Assembly: GCA_038087875.1 (NCBI GenBank)
Contig: CM075992.1
Location: forward strand, 8,558,001-8,622,000
Source: Malacoraja senta
Lineage: Eukaryota
Length of the DNA stretch: 64,000 nt
Direction of reading: 5' to 3'
The notes below the pieces were generated by a model. It saw only the letters and a program-made list of their open reading frames with translations, searched no databases and was not told where the DNA came from. Every line of letters begins with the position of its first letter. The stretch's first letter is position 1. Position numbers and translations under genes: made by a program. Positions 49,613-62,134 of the stretch are shown here, piece after piece.

Positions 49613-49815
49613 TGTAGATGACATGTGCATGTACCTTTAACATAGTGACCTCACCACTACTAACCACTCCCCACATCACTAGTATAATTACAACCTTCCC
49701 ACCCAGTGCTCTCTCTCTGGTTCCCGTGACAGACCACGAACAGCTAGGGCAGTAAAGTATGTGTATCATGAATAAACAGTAGTAAAGACACAGTGTGTTA
49801 TGACTCCTCTTTGCA
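49613..49815 (+). repeat. Gypsy 3' LTR
   Basis: Preceded by the PPT, followed by TSD GTCTT. Confidence 0.93.
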
Positions 49816-49820
49816 GTCTT

Positions 49821-52508
49821 CCATGGGAAGGAGTCCTCGCCCCCCCAGTGATGACCCCCTCCTCTTGGACGCCCCCTCATGGCCATCTACCAGCTTTAGA
49901 CCTTTTTATTTTAAACTGCCGGCGGGACATCAACCGCCTCAACTTCTCCACTCCCCTGTCTCACTCTAACCTCCCTCCCTCTGAACGTACAGCCCTCCAC
50001 TCACTCTGCAACAACCCAGACTGGGTGATCAAACCTGCCGACAAGGGAGGTGCTGTGGTAGTCTGGCGTGCTGATCTCTACAAGTCTGAGGCCAGGGCCG
50101 GATTTAGATGAAGAGAGGCCCTAAGCTGTTCCACTTGCGAGGCCCCTCACAATCCCCCATCCCCACGACTAGAGGAAGATAGTCCACCAGATTGATACCG
50201 ATTTGCAGCCGAGCATGGCCAATGAGATAAGGGGCTGGAAAGCTGTGTTTATTTATTTATTTATTGCCAGTGCTAGTGTCGAATTATTGGCTTAAAACAC
50301 TATTATTCTGAAATGGAGGGCAAGGAAAATTACTGAAGGGTTCTTTAGAGACAACAGTACGTTGTGACAGCATATGTAAGAAAGGCCCATGTCAGGGTCA
50401 AAAATATTATACACCTTGCAGGGCTCTCACTTAATTTTTTTCTCTGTTGTCAGCCGGGCAACCTTGGCAGCTTTTTAAGTTGCCAAATGACAGTTTAGGT
50501 GGTCATTTAAGACGGTTTGCATGACGTGTGCGATAATGTGCTCGGACGAAGTGCGTAGTTACCAGTCGGAATTATGCTCAATGTTCACATATTATTTCTG
50601 CTTCAAATAAAGTCACATACTAAACATATTCACCAATCAAGACATGATATATCCCACAATGACATGCAGCAAAATTATAATACAGTATCTCAACTCTTTT
50701 TACACATTGCAATGAATGCAATTTCTATTATTTCTTTCCACTTCCAAACAAAAATGTGGTTGGATTATTCAGCGTATGATCAACCTCGGTGAGACCAAGC
50801 GCAGGCTTGGCGATCGCTTCACACAACACCTCCACTCAGTTAGCAATAACCAACCTGATCTCCCGGTGGCTCAACACTTCAACTCCCCTTCCCATTCCGA
50901 ATCTGATCTTTCTGTCCTGGGCCTCCTCCATGGCCAGAGTGAGGCCCACTGCATATTGGAGGAGCAGCACCTCATATTCGCTTGGGTAGTTTACACCCCA
51001 GCGGTATGAACATTGGCTTCTCTAATTTCAGGTAGTCCTTGCTTTCTCCCTCCTCCCCCTCCCATTCCCAGCTCTCCCACAGCCTACTGTCTCCGCTTCT
51101 TCCTTTCTTTTTCGTGTGTCCCCCCTGACATCAATCTGAAGAAGGGTCTCGACCCGAAACATCATCTATTCCTTCGCTCCATAGATGCTGCCTTACCCGC
51201 TGATTTTCTCCAGCTTTTTTGTCTACCAATGGGATCCCACCACTGGCCACATCTTCCCATCTCCTCCCCTGTTGGCTTTCCGCAGACAGCTCCCTCCGTA
51301 ACTGCCTGGTCAATTCGTCCCTTCCCACCCAAACCAACCCCTCTCCTGGCACTTTCCCTTGCAACCGCAGGAAATGCTACATTCCCTTGCAACCGCAGGA
51401 AATGCGATCGCTTAGCCCAACACCTCCGCTCGGTCCTCAATACCCAACCTCCCATTCCGAATCCGACCTTTCTGTCCTGGGCGTCTGCCATGGCCAGAGT
51501 GAGGCCCACCGCAAATTGGAGGAGAAGCACCTCATATTTCGCTTGGGCAGTTTACACCCCAGCGGTATGAACATTGACTTCTTCAATTTCAGCTAATCCC
51601 TGCTTTCTCCTCCCCTTCCCAGCTCTCCCTCAGCCCACTCACTCCGACTCTTCCTTTCTTCTTCCCGTCCCCCCTACCCTCACATCAGTCTGAAGAAGGG
51701 TCTCGACCCAAAACGTCGCCTATTTCCTTCCCTCCATAGTTGCTACCTCACACGCATAGTTTCTCCAGCATTTTTGTCCACCCATTCACACAAGTTCTGT
51801 TATCCCACTTTCCTCACCCACTCCCTACACATTAGGGGCAATTTTACAGAGACAAGTTAACCTCCAAAGCCAATGCGTCTTTGGGATGTGGGAGGAAACC
51901 CACATGCTTGTAGGGAGATTGTGCAAATTTAGCACATACAGTGCCGAGGTCAGGATCGAACACAGATCTCTGGAGTGTGAGGCAGCAAGTCTATCAGCTG
52001 TGCCACTATATTTTGTTTTCCAACACATAAAATTATACGTTGATAACTTTGGTTACTAAAAAAATTAAAATATCCATTTTCAGTTTTAAATTTCCAAGTG
52101 ACGCTATGTCCTGCTTTACTGTATGTTTTAATTAAGTTCAAGACTATGGGGCAGTACATTGGCCATACAGTTGCTGCCTAAAAGTGCCAGAGACTCGGAA
52201 TTGATCCTGAATATGGGTGCTGTCTGTATGGAGTTTACTCCTTTTCCCTTTGATCGCATGGGTTTTTACCGGGTGTTCTTGTTTCCTTTCACATTCCAAA
52301 GGTGTGCAGGAGCCTATTTCAGGCCCAACCCAAAACATAATATTTTCCTTTTGTCCAGAGATTCTGTCCGACCTGTTGAATTACTCCAGCTTTTTGTGTC
52401 TATCTTCAGTTTAAACCAGCATCTGCAGTTCCTTCCTGCACACACGATACTATACGATAGAACGTTATTAATCCCAGGAGGGAAATTGTGTGTGGGTATA
52501 TATATTAT

Positions 52509-52546
<38 letters not shown>

Positions 52547-53579
52547 TTATACAGTTATACATATATAAATATACACCGTTTCGTTTTCTCGTTTATAACA
52601 TTGTTTACAGAGTACTATGTTTACATATTCTGTTGTGCTGCTGCAAGTAAGGATTTCATTGTTCTAACTGGGACGTGAGAGAATAAAACACTCTTGACTT
52701 ACTCCGCTAATATGTGGGATAGAACTAGTGTACGGGTGATCGGTGGTCAGCGTGGACTCGGTGGGCCGAAGGGCCTGTTTCCACGCAGTATCTTTAAATT
52801 AAATTAAAAACATTAAATCCAGAGGGAGTCTAAAGAAGGGTCTACCCGAAACGTTACCCAATTTCTTCTGTCCAGAGTTGCTGGCTGCTCCATGGAGTTC
52901 CCCCGCACAATTAAAGAATGGAATAGTCTTCACCCTCCCATAGTTACCCAACCAGACGCAACTAAATTTAAAGTACCTCTTTTTTCCCCAAGAACCCATT
53001 TTTGCTTAAGTGCAAGTTAATAGTCAAGAGAGTTTTATTGTCATGTGTCCCAGAAATTCTTGCTTGTTGCAGCACAACAGAATATGTAAACATAATACAG
53101 AACATGAGATAAAAGTTCAGTGTGTTTATATACACAATAAATAAACAGATAAAATGCAGTAGGACGTTATTGTTCAGCCCTCCACCACCTCCAGTTTAAA
53201 TTCCATTTAGAATATTTATGGAGGACCAGGAAACCAGAAGCAAGTGTTACTCCAGGGAGTTACTCCAGATCCACGGTCAGGGAGTGATTCTGCCTTGGTT
53301 TTCAGTGGTCGCGGCGAGGAGGTGACTGAACAGCAATGGCGGCCATATCTCCCACAATTCAAAGCAAGGGAGAAAGTGCTCATCGCCGACCAGTTGCCGT
53401 GGCAGTGCGCATGCGCAGGGCGGCCGATGATGTGCTGGCCGTGGTTGTGCGCATGTGCAGGGGGAGGATGTGCTGGCCGTAGTAGTGCCGGCAGATGAGG
53501 AGCGAGCGGAGAGCGGAGACCTGGCAGCCCGGACACGGATATGGATGGCGGGCGGAGACGGAGAGTGACGGAGAGTGAC

Positions 53580-53610
<31 letters not shown>

Positions 53611-54781
53611 GGGGAGCCCGCCCAGAGTTGAACGGCAGATGTCCTGCCTTGGCCAGAGCCCGCCTAGATTTCGAGGCCCTAGGCTTCACCCTATTAAGCC
53701 TAGTGGTAAATCCGGCTCTGCGAGGCCCCCTAGATCTCGAGGCCCTAAGCTTAAGCTTGTCAAGCTTATACGTAAATCCGGCCCTGTCTGAGGCCACGCG
53801 CCAACTCTCAGACACCTACTTATCCTTGGACCATGACCCCACAGATGAGCACCAGGCCACTATCTCTAGCACCATCACTGACTTCATCAACTCCAGCTCC
53901 CTGCCCTCCCAAGCCTCCAACCGCATTGTTCACCAGCCCCGCACGGCCCGATTTTACCTTCTCAAAATCCACAAACCTAACTGTCCTGGCAGACCCATTG
54001 TTTCAGCGTCTTCGTGTCCTACCGAACTTATTTCCACATACCTCGACTCCATCCTATCCCCCCTGGTTAAATCCCTCCCTACCTATGTTCAAGACACCTC
54101 ACATGCTCTTCGTCTACTCCAGGACTTCTGTTTTCTAGGTCCCCATTCCCTCATCTTCACCATGGATGTCCAGTCACTCCACACATCCATCCTCCACCAC
54201 GAGGGTCTTAAAGCCCTCTGTTTCTTCCTCGACCGCAGAAACAACTAATCCCCGTCTACTGATACTCTCCTCCGCCTAAATACCCTAAATAATTTTTTGT
54301 TTGATTCCTCCCATTTCCTCCAAAAACAAGGCATAGCTATGGGCACGTGCATGGGCCCCAGCTATGCCTGCCTCTTTGTAGGGTACGTTGAACAATCCTT
54401 GTTCGAGGCGTACCGTGGCCCTATCCCAGAACTCTACCTCCGTACATCGATGCTACCTACTGCACCCACACACTAATCATTGACTGCATCCATTTCACCA
54501 CTAACTTCCATCCGGTACTCAAATACACCTGGACCCTTTCCGACATTCCCCTACCAATTCTAGACCTCACTATCTCCATCGCAGGTGATATTCTACTGAC
54601 CGACATCTACCATAAACCCACTGACTCCCATGGCTATCTGGACCACACTTCTTCCCACACTGCTTCCTGCAAGGACTCCATCCCCTACTCCCAACACCTC
54701 AGTCTACGTCGCATCTGCACCCAGGATGAGGTGTTCCAACCCAGGGCATCGGATATGTCCTTTCTTCAGGGAACGGGGGTT
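49821..54781 (+). mobile_element. Penelope-like RT fragment (49821-50092 and 53795-54781) split by a hAT insertion
   Basis: IKPADKGGAVVVW, LKIHKP..PGRPIVS, FTMDVQSL, GIAMG motifs; the element continues across the TSD. Confidence 0.85.
50093..53786. mobile_element. Non-autonomous hAT-type DNA element, 3.7 kb including nested insertions
   Basis: TIRs CAGGGCCGGATTTA / TAAATCCGGCCCTG; 8-bp TSD TCTGAGGC at 50085-50092 and 53787-53794. Confidence 0.9.
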
Positions 54782-56383
54782 CTGTGGCAAAGAAGAAGTT
54801 CATAGGCCATTCGGCCCATCAAGTCTACTCCGCCATTCAATCATGGCTGATCTAGCACATTCACCAAGATCATGGCTCATATTCTACAATCTTTCTCTCC
54901 CTCCTAACCCCATTCTCCTGCCTTCTCCCCATAACCTCAGACAGTTCTGTCTGAAGAAGGGTCTCGACCCGAAACATTACCTACTCCTCTCCATAGATGC
55001 TGCCTCACCCGCTGAGTTTCTCCAGCATTTTTGTCTACCTTCGATTTTTCCAGCATCTGCAGTTCTTTCCTAAACATAGACAAACCAGGATAGCTTTAGT
55101 TTAGTTTATTGTCACGTGTACCGAGGTACAGTGAAAAGCTTTTTTGTTGCGTGCTATCCAGTTAGCGAATAGTCTGTACATGATTACAATCAAGCCGTCC
55201 ACAGTGTACAGATACAAGATAAAGGGAATAATGTCCAATAAAATATATACTGAGTATCTCCAATAAGGTAGATGGTAGGTCAAGACCGTTTTCATCTTTC
55301 TCAGTAAACGGTAGGTTTCTGGGATGGGTTGTGGAGCAGAGGGACTTGGTAGTACATGTATATACAATACAATACAATAATACTTTATTAGCCAAGTATG
55401 TTTTGCAACATATGAGGAATTTCAGTTGCCATAGTCATACCAATAAAAAGCAACAGCACACAAAATACATTTCAACATAATTATCCTCCACATTCCTCAC
55501 TGTGATGAAGGCGAAAAAAAAGTTCAATCTCTTCCCTTCTTTGTTCTCCCGTGGTCGGGGGCCTCAAGCCTTCCGTTAACAAGATTCCAGCATCTGCACT
55601 TCCTTGTGTTTGTGTGGTCAATTGAATGGAAGCTCAGGAGAAGCCGAGGAGGAGATTAACCAGGTAAACCTACAGTTAATGAACCACACCAAAGCTGGGG
55701 AATCTGTGGGATTCATCGCCACAGACGGCAGTGGAGGCCAAGTCAATGGATATTTTTAAGGCAGAGATAGATTCTTGATTAGTACGGGTGTCAGGGATTA
55801 TGGGGACAAGGGAAGAGATAGATCAGCCACGATTGAATGGCGGAGTAGACTTGATGGGCCGAATGGCCTCATTCTGCTGCTATCACTTATGAATTTATGA
55901 AACCACCCTTTCACACCATGAGGATTAATAAACAAGATGGCTTCAGAAAATCGCACGGAACACCAGGATCCTGAGGGAATGATCACTCAGGAATTGGCTC
56001 CACGGACTTTCGGGATACTGAGGGAATGATCGCTTGGGAATGGACTCTAGGGAATGCCAGGATACAGAGGGAACGCTCACTCAAGGTACCAGCCCGTCGC
56101 TCCAGCAACACAAGAGCAGGCCATTAATTTAAACCTGTCTGAAATAAACACTGAACATTCTGGGATTACTCAGCAAGTTAGTCAGCATCTCTGGAGAGAG
56201 AGAGAAACGGGGGGAGGTGGGGAGAGAGCGTGAGAGAGAGAGAGAGAGGTTGGAGGGGAGAGAGAGAATGGGAGAGAACAAGAGCGAGAGATTGAGAGGG
56301 AGAGGGGAGAGAGACGAGGGGAGAGAGAAAGACAGAGTGAGAGACAAAAGAGAGGGAGCGAGGGTGAGCGAGAGAGATTGATA

Positions 56384-57743
56384 TAGGCTGTGGGCCGAGC
56401 ATCAAAAATGTCTAGCAATCAACTTTCGTGACCCATGTCTCGGAACTACATAAAATTTTGCACAAACTTAGATAAAATATAATTGAGAAGGAAGTCATAA
56501 CTCGTCAGTGCCAAATGTTGCACATTAATTAATTAAACTAATTAGAAAATTAAATCAAAAAAGTGGTGGTGCTGGCTCGAAGAGCCGAATGGCCTACTCC
56601 TGCACCAATTGTCTATTGTCTATGCACCATCTAGTGTCCAATGCCCATATTACACCATGGGGAGCCTATTTCCGTGTTGCAGTCTATTTAAACTATATAT
56701 TATACTATATATATATCATATGTGAATATGACTGTCATCATAAATAATTATGTATAATTATATTATATTAAAATAATATAATTAATATAATTGTGTGTGT
56801 TTTTTTGAATGAGACTGCCGTAGAAGTCCTGAAGCAGCCTAAATAATGGGTGAGGGCAGTTCTTCTGGGTTCCCCCGTTTACTGAACCCCACTGACTGCC
56901 AGTGTGCAGAGTGGGGGTCATGGCCCAAGTACGACTTGGGGCAGTGCCAGGCTGGGGGAAGGCTAAGGCATCTTCCACTGAGAGGAAAATGCCTAACCCT
57001 ATACTAACCCTAACTCGCCCCCCTTCCAGAGCTGCCCACGGCTGGAGCTGGTTTGGGACCGGCTGCGGGCTCTGTACGTGTGGCCGCTCAGTGAGTCCAC
57101 CTCCGCCAGCATGCCCTTCTGGATCATCGTTGTGATTATGGTGGTGAACAGCACTGCCCTGCATGCTGCCCGGGCCGCCTTCAGCACCCCCATAGCGCCA
57201 ACTCCGTCAGTCCGCCCGCTCACTGCAACACCGGCCGGCCAACAGCTCGACCGACCCCTCGCAGCACTCACCGGACTTCCGACACCCCATCTGATCCTGA
57301 CCCTAACACTAACCCAGCTGTACATTTGTTATTTATCATTTTTATTTAACAGTTCACATCGTTACTTTATAAAGATAAATCAATTCAAAAACAAAATGAT
57401 CAGCAAGGTGAGCATTACCTTTATCCTTGGAAACCTTGTTATTGCTACTGATGTAATGAGGAGGCAGCCATGATCCCAGGGTCCTCGCTGTCTTACGACC
57501 ATAAAACAAAGCGCGGGATTGGTCAATTTGCGTCCGACCTCAATGTCAAACGTGCATTGATAGGACAATTACTACTAGGAAAATTGTTTTTTTTATCATA
57601 TTTAAACAAAATGTGCAGGTTTTGTTCTTGACGAGTTTCAGGTATGATTTATATAATATTTTTACACAGTATGAGAAAAATGTAGGTAGTTCCGTGAGTT
57701 GGGTCACGAACCTAAACGAAAAAGCTCCTCGGCCCACAGCCTA
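56384..57743. mobile_element. Non-autonomous TIR DNA element (TAG...CTA termini, apparent 3-bp TSD ATA); superfamily uncertain
   Basis: Perfect 16-bp inverted repeats TAGGCTGTGGGCCGAG (56384-56399) and CTCGGCCCACAGCCTA (57728-57743). Confidence 0.75.
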
Positions 57744-58054
57744 ATAGGAATGATTTAGATTGAGAAAGATAATTGGGCAATTGGGACGATCTTAGATAGG
57801 GCATCTTGGTCAGCATGGATGAGTTGGGCTGAAGGGCCTGTTTCCATGCTGTATGACTCTATGAAGAGTCTTCAACCTGAAATGATAACCTTTCCTCTTT
57901 CTCCAGATGCTGCCTGACCTGTTGAGTATTTCCGGTGTTTATTTCAGACTTGCTGTATCTGTAGGTTTACATGAACTCCGTGGGCTTCACGGATGGTTGG
58001 CACAAAATGATGATTCACTGCTGGAAGAGTCTGGTGCTGAAGACGCTGACTGGC

Positions 58055-61000
58055 TCATCCTTCAGAGCCCATATTCACCCACTGAATGTCCGACTGAGTT
58101 GTCTGACTATCCACAGTCTTCGAAACCTGAGAATAAAACCAAATATGTGTAAGAAAGAACTGCAGATGCTGGTTTAAACATTAACTTCTCTAACTTCAGA
58201 TTGCCCTTGCTTTCTCTCTCCATCTCCATCCCCTTCCCCTTCGCAGTTCTCCCACCAGTCTTACAGTCTCCACCTACATTCTATCTTTGTCCTGCCCCCT
58301 CCCCTGACATCAGTCTGAAGAAGGGTCTCAACCTGAAATGTCGCCCATTCCTTCTCTCCAGAGATGCTGCCTGTCCCGCTGAGTTACTCCAGCATTTTGT
58401 GTCCACCTTCTAATAAAACCAAATAACAGACTTTACCTGCCATGTCCAAACATCATAATAATCTGAGCACAGAGAAGATTTACGAGGATGTTTAGTTTAG
58501 AGACAGCGCGGAAACAGGCCCTTCGGTCCACCGGGTCCGTGCCGACCAGCGATCCCCCTACACTAGCACTATCCACACACTAGGGTCAATTTACAATCTT
58601 TTACCAAAGCCAATTAACCCACGAACCTGCACGTCTTTAGGATGTGGGAGGAAACTGGAGCACCCAGGGAAAACCCACGTGTTCACAGGGAGAAAATGCA
58701 AACTCTGTACAGACATCACACTAGTCAGGATGGAACCCGGGTCTTTGGCGTTGTGAGGCAGCAACTCTATCGCTGCGCCACGGTGCAGGAAGGGGAGGAA
58801 GGCATGGAGCGGTGTGTTGGAGCATTGGAGAGGGGGCACCAGTGCAGCACATGCCACAGCAGCTGGCTGGGGTTCGCTGTGGCGATGCACCATGCGCGTT
58901 TGGTCCTCGGCACTCACCGTCACCTGGGAGATGGCGATGGGGGAGGAGGTGTCTGCCGCCTCTGCCTTCTTCCTCCGGCACATGCGGTTGAACCAGTTGC
59001 AGTATTCTCTCCTCACCTGCCCACAGAAGGCAACGTAAATAAACAAATCAGCACAAAAACATCACCACGAGACCTTACACTGACGACGTGAAAACGAACT
59101 GTAGATTATTAATGTTCTTTAGTTTTGTATTTAGAGATACAGCGCGGAAACACCCAGTCCTTGTCACTTGAAAATCGGAGTCCTTGTGTCATCCTACCTA
59201 CATTGCCACTGTATACTTCCAAAGTATTGATTCAGAATTAAAGGACGTTCCTTTAAGAAGGAGATGAGGAGGAATTTCTTTAGAGGGTGGTGAATCTGTG
59301 GAATTCATTGACAGAGACGGCTATGGAGGCCAAGACATTGAGTATTTTTAAAGCAGAGAATGACGGATTCTTGATTAGTAGGGGCGTCAAAGGTTATGGT
59401 GAGAGGGCAAGAGAATGGGGTCAAGAGGGAAGACAGATCAGCCATGAGTGAATGGTAGAGTGGACTTGATGGGCCGAATGGTCTAATTCTGTTCTCATGA
59501 ACATGACTTCTCTTGTCGGTGAAGGGCGGCACGGTGGCGCAGCTGCGGTAGAGTTGTTGCCTCACACGACAGAGACCCTGGTTCGATCCTGACTACAGGT
59601 GCTGTCTGTACATTTTCCCCGTGACCGTGTGGGTTTTCTCCAGGTGCTCCCGTTTCCTCCCACACTCCAAAGACGTACAGGTTTGTAGGTTAATTGGCTT
59701 AGGTAAAAAATGTAAATTGTCCCTAATGTTTAGGATAGAATCAGAGAGTCATAAAGTGACAGAGTTTGGAAACAGGCCCTTCAGCCCAACTTGTCCACAC
59801 CGGCCAACATGTCCCGGCTACACTCGTCCAACCTGCCCGTGTTTGGTCCATATCCATGTCAATAGACAATAGGTGCAGGAGTAGGTCATTTGGTCCTTCA
59901 AGCCAGCATCGCCATTCAAGGTGATCATGGCTGATCACAATCAGTACCCCGTTCCTGCCTTCTCCCCATATTCCCTGACTACACTATCTTTAAGAGCCCT
60001 ATCAAGCTCTCTCTTGAAAGCATCCAGAGAACCGGCCTCCACCGCCCTCTGAGGCAGAGAATTCCATAGACTCACAACTCTGTGTCCTATCCATGTAATG
60101 CTAGGATAGTGTTGATCGCTGGTCAGCGTGGACTGGGTGGGCCGAAAGAAAATACTATTTTTGCGCTGTATCTCTAAACCGACTAAACTAACGCTGTAGA
60201 ATGTACTGAACAATGTACCGAATGCTGTGAATGTTGCGGTCAGAGCAGAATAGCGTGAGGGTGAGAGCAGATTACCTGCTGGTTCAGCAGGCAGTGGACC
60301 AGGAAGATGAACACTCCCTGGGCGCTGTTTACAATGGTGAATATGTACGACAACACAATGGTGTCCTTGTTCAGCTGGAAAAGTCCAACGACCCATGAGC
60401 AGCCCAACACAACGAATTGGGCCATGGCCTTGAAGGTCCGTATCCTGGTGATGTACAAAGACAGGGTGAGGACCTCAACTCAGCAGTGAACCAGGCCCAA
60501 TTTCCCCCCCGTCCCCCTACATTCCTTCCCCTCTCCCTGACTATCAGTCTGAAGAAGTGGTCACATACACAAAGTATGAAGAAGGATCTCGACCCGAAAC
60601 ATCACCCGTTCCTTCTCCCCAGAGATGCTGCCGATCCCGCTGAGTTACTCCAGCATTTTGTGTCTAACTACTATCTATCTCACTGGTGACTCTCGGACTA
60701 TCCTTGATCGCACATTGCTGGCTTTACCTTGCACTAAACGTTATTCCCTTATCTGTATCTGTACACTGTAAATGGCTCGATTGTAATCACGTATTGTCTT
60801 TCCGCTGACTGGATAGCACACAACAAAAGTTTTTCACTGTACCTCAGTACACGTGACAATAAACTAAACAGAACTGGGAACATGAGGGAAGGAACTGCAG
60901 ATGCTGGTGTAAACCAAAGATAGACACAAAAAGCTGGAGTCACTCAATGGATCAGGCAGCATCACTGGAGAGAAGGAAACAATGGCTTGTTTCCTTTATC

Positions 61001-61830
61001 ATCATTACTTTTTTGCATATCATTCATTTGTTCTAATTATTTTTAAGAAAGAACTGCAGATGCTGGAAAACTCGAAGGTAGACAAAAATGCTGGAAAAAC
61101 TCAGCGGGTGAGGCAGCATCTATGGAGCGAAGGAACAGGCGACGTTTCGGTTCGAGACCCTTCTTCAGACTGATGTGGGGCGGGGGGAGGGAAAAAGAAA
61201 AGAGGTGGAGACAGTAGGCTGTGGGAGAGCTGGGAAGGGGAGGGAAGGAGGGAGAAAGCAAGGACTACCTGAAATTGGAGGTCAATGTTCATACCACTGG
61301 GGTGTAAACTACCCAAGCGAAATATGAGGTGCTGCTCCACCAATTTGCAGTGGGACTCACTCTGGTCATGGAGGAGGCCCAGGACAGAAAGGTCACATTC
61401 GGAATGGGAGGGGGAGTTGAAATGCTGAGCCACCGGGAGATCAGGTTGGTTATTGCGAACTGAGCGGAGGTGTTGGGCGAAGCGATCTATATATGTTTTA
61501 TATCTCTTTACATCACCGTCTATATCTCTTGTTTCCCTTTCCCCTGAATCTGGGTCTGAAGAAGGGTCTTGACTTGAAACGTCACCTATTCTCTCCAGAG
61601 ATGATGCTTTACCCGCTGAGCATCTCCTCAGTTATTGTTGGCTAGCAATCAATATCCTCACTGCAGCTGAGTGGACCCAGCAACCCTATGATAGTTGATC
61701 TCTGTCTCCCCCTGTTTCTTCTGAGGTTTCATACGTACCTGGAATCCTTGATGGTTGAAACATCGGCGTTCAGGGCAGTCATGCTATTCCTCAAGATCCA
61801 GATGATCATGACAAACAAAACCGTGTTAAC
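58055..61830 (-). CDS. ADGRE: Adhesion GPCR (ADGRE/EMR-like), last four coding exons: 61739-61830, 60276-60444, 58918-59016, 58055-58126; gene continues beyond the window end
   Basis: VNTVLFVMIIWILRNSMTALNADVSTIKDSR / IRTFKAMAQFVVLGCSWVVGLFQ..YIFTIVNSAQGVFIFLVHCLLNQQ / VRREYCNWF..ISQVT / VSKTVDSQTTQSDIQWVNMGSEG*. All junctions AG/GT with consistent phases (2,0,0); candidate AATAAA at 57938-57943(-). Confidence 0.88.
61040..61487 (-). mobile_element. Penelope-like terminal fragment
   Basis: AQHFNSPSH..EQHLIFRLGSLHPSGMN motif and terminal repeat. Confidence 0.85.
61551..61588 (+). ncRNA. Minimal type-I hammerhead ribozyme-like motif
   Basis: TGGGT-CTGAAGA-AGGGTCTTGACTT-GAAA-CGTC-ACCTA; helix I TGGGT/ACCTA can form 5 pairs. 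Confidence 0.55.
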
Positions 61831-62134
61831 CTGCAACACAGCAGCAACGTAATTATAGTTCCAACTAGATTAAGTGGGACCCGTTGGGAGGGCTGGTCCC
61901 CCAATGCAATATTCCACCTCTCCACCAATTCTAATATTGGTCGTCAGTTTGGGGGGGGGGGGGTGTTTCTGGAATGCTAGTATGGGTGTTGTGGGCTGAA
62001 GGGACAGGTTTCCATAGGGCTAGTATGGACATTGTGGGCCGAATAGATACTTGGGCTGGCAGCTCAGTCTGGTGTGCTGGCAGCACTCACTCATGGCTGG
62101 TGGGCTGGCAGCTGACTCATGGCTATTCCTTGAA

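Larger units (their letters stand above)
45276..49815 (+). mobile_element. Ty3/Gypsy LTR retrotransposon, structurally complete, with frameshifted gag-pol
   Basis: TG...CA LTRs 45276-45477 and 49613-49815; TSD GTCTT; PBS TGGTGTCAG at 45478; PPT GGGGAAAGA. Gag CCHC (CNFCRKLNHFSAAC), protease LDTGA, RT IVDD, RNase H CDAS, integrase (SDNG, NGLAER) in Gypsy order. Confidence 0.95.
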
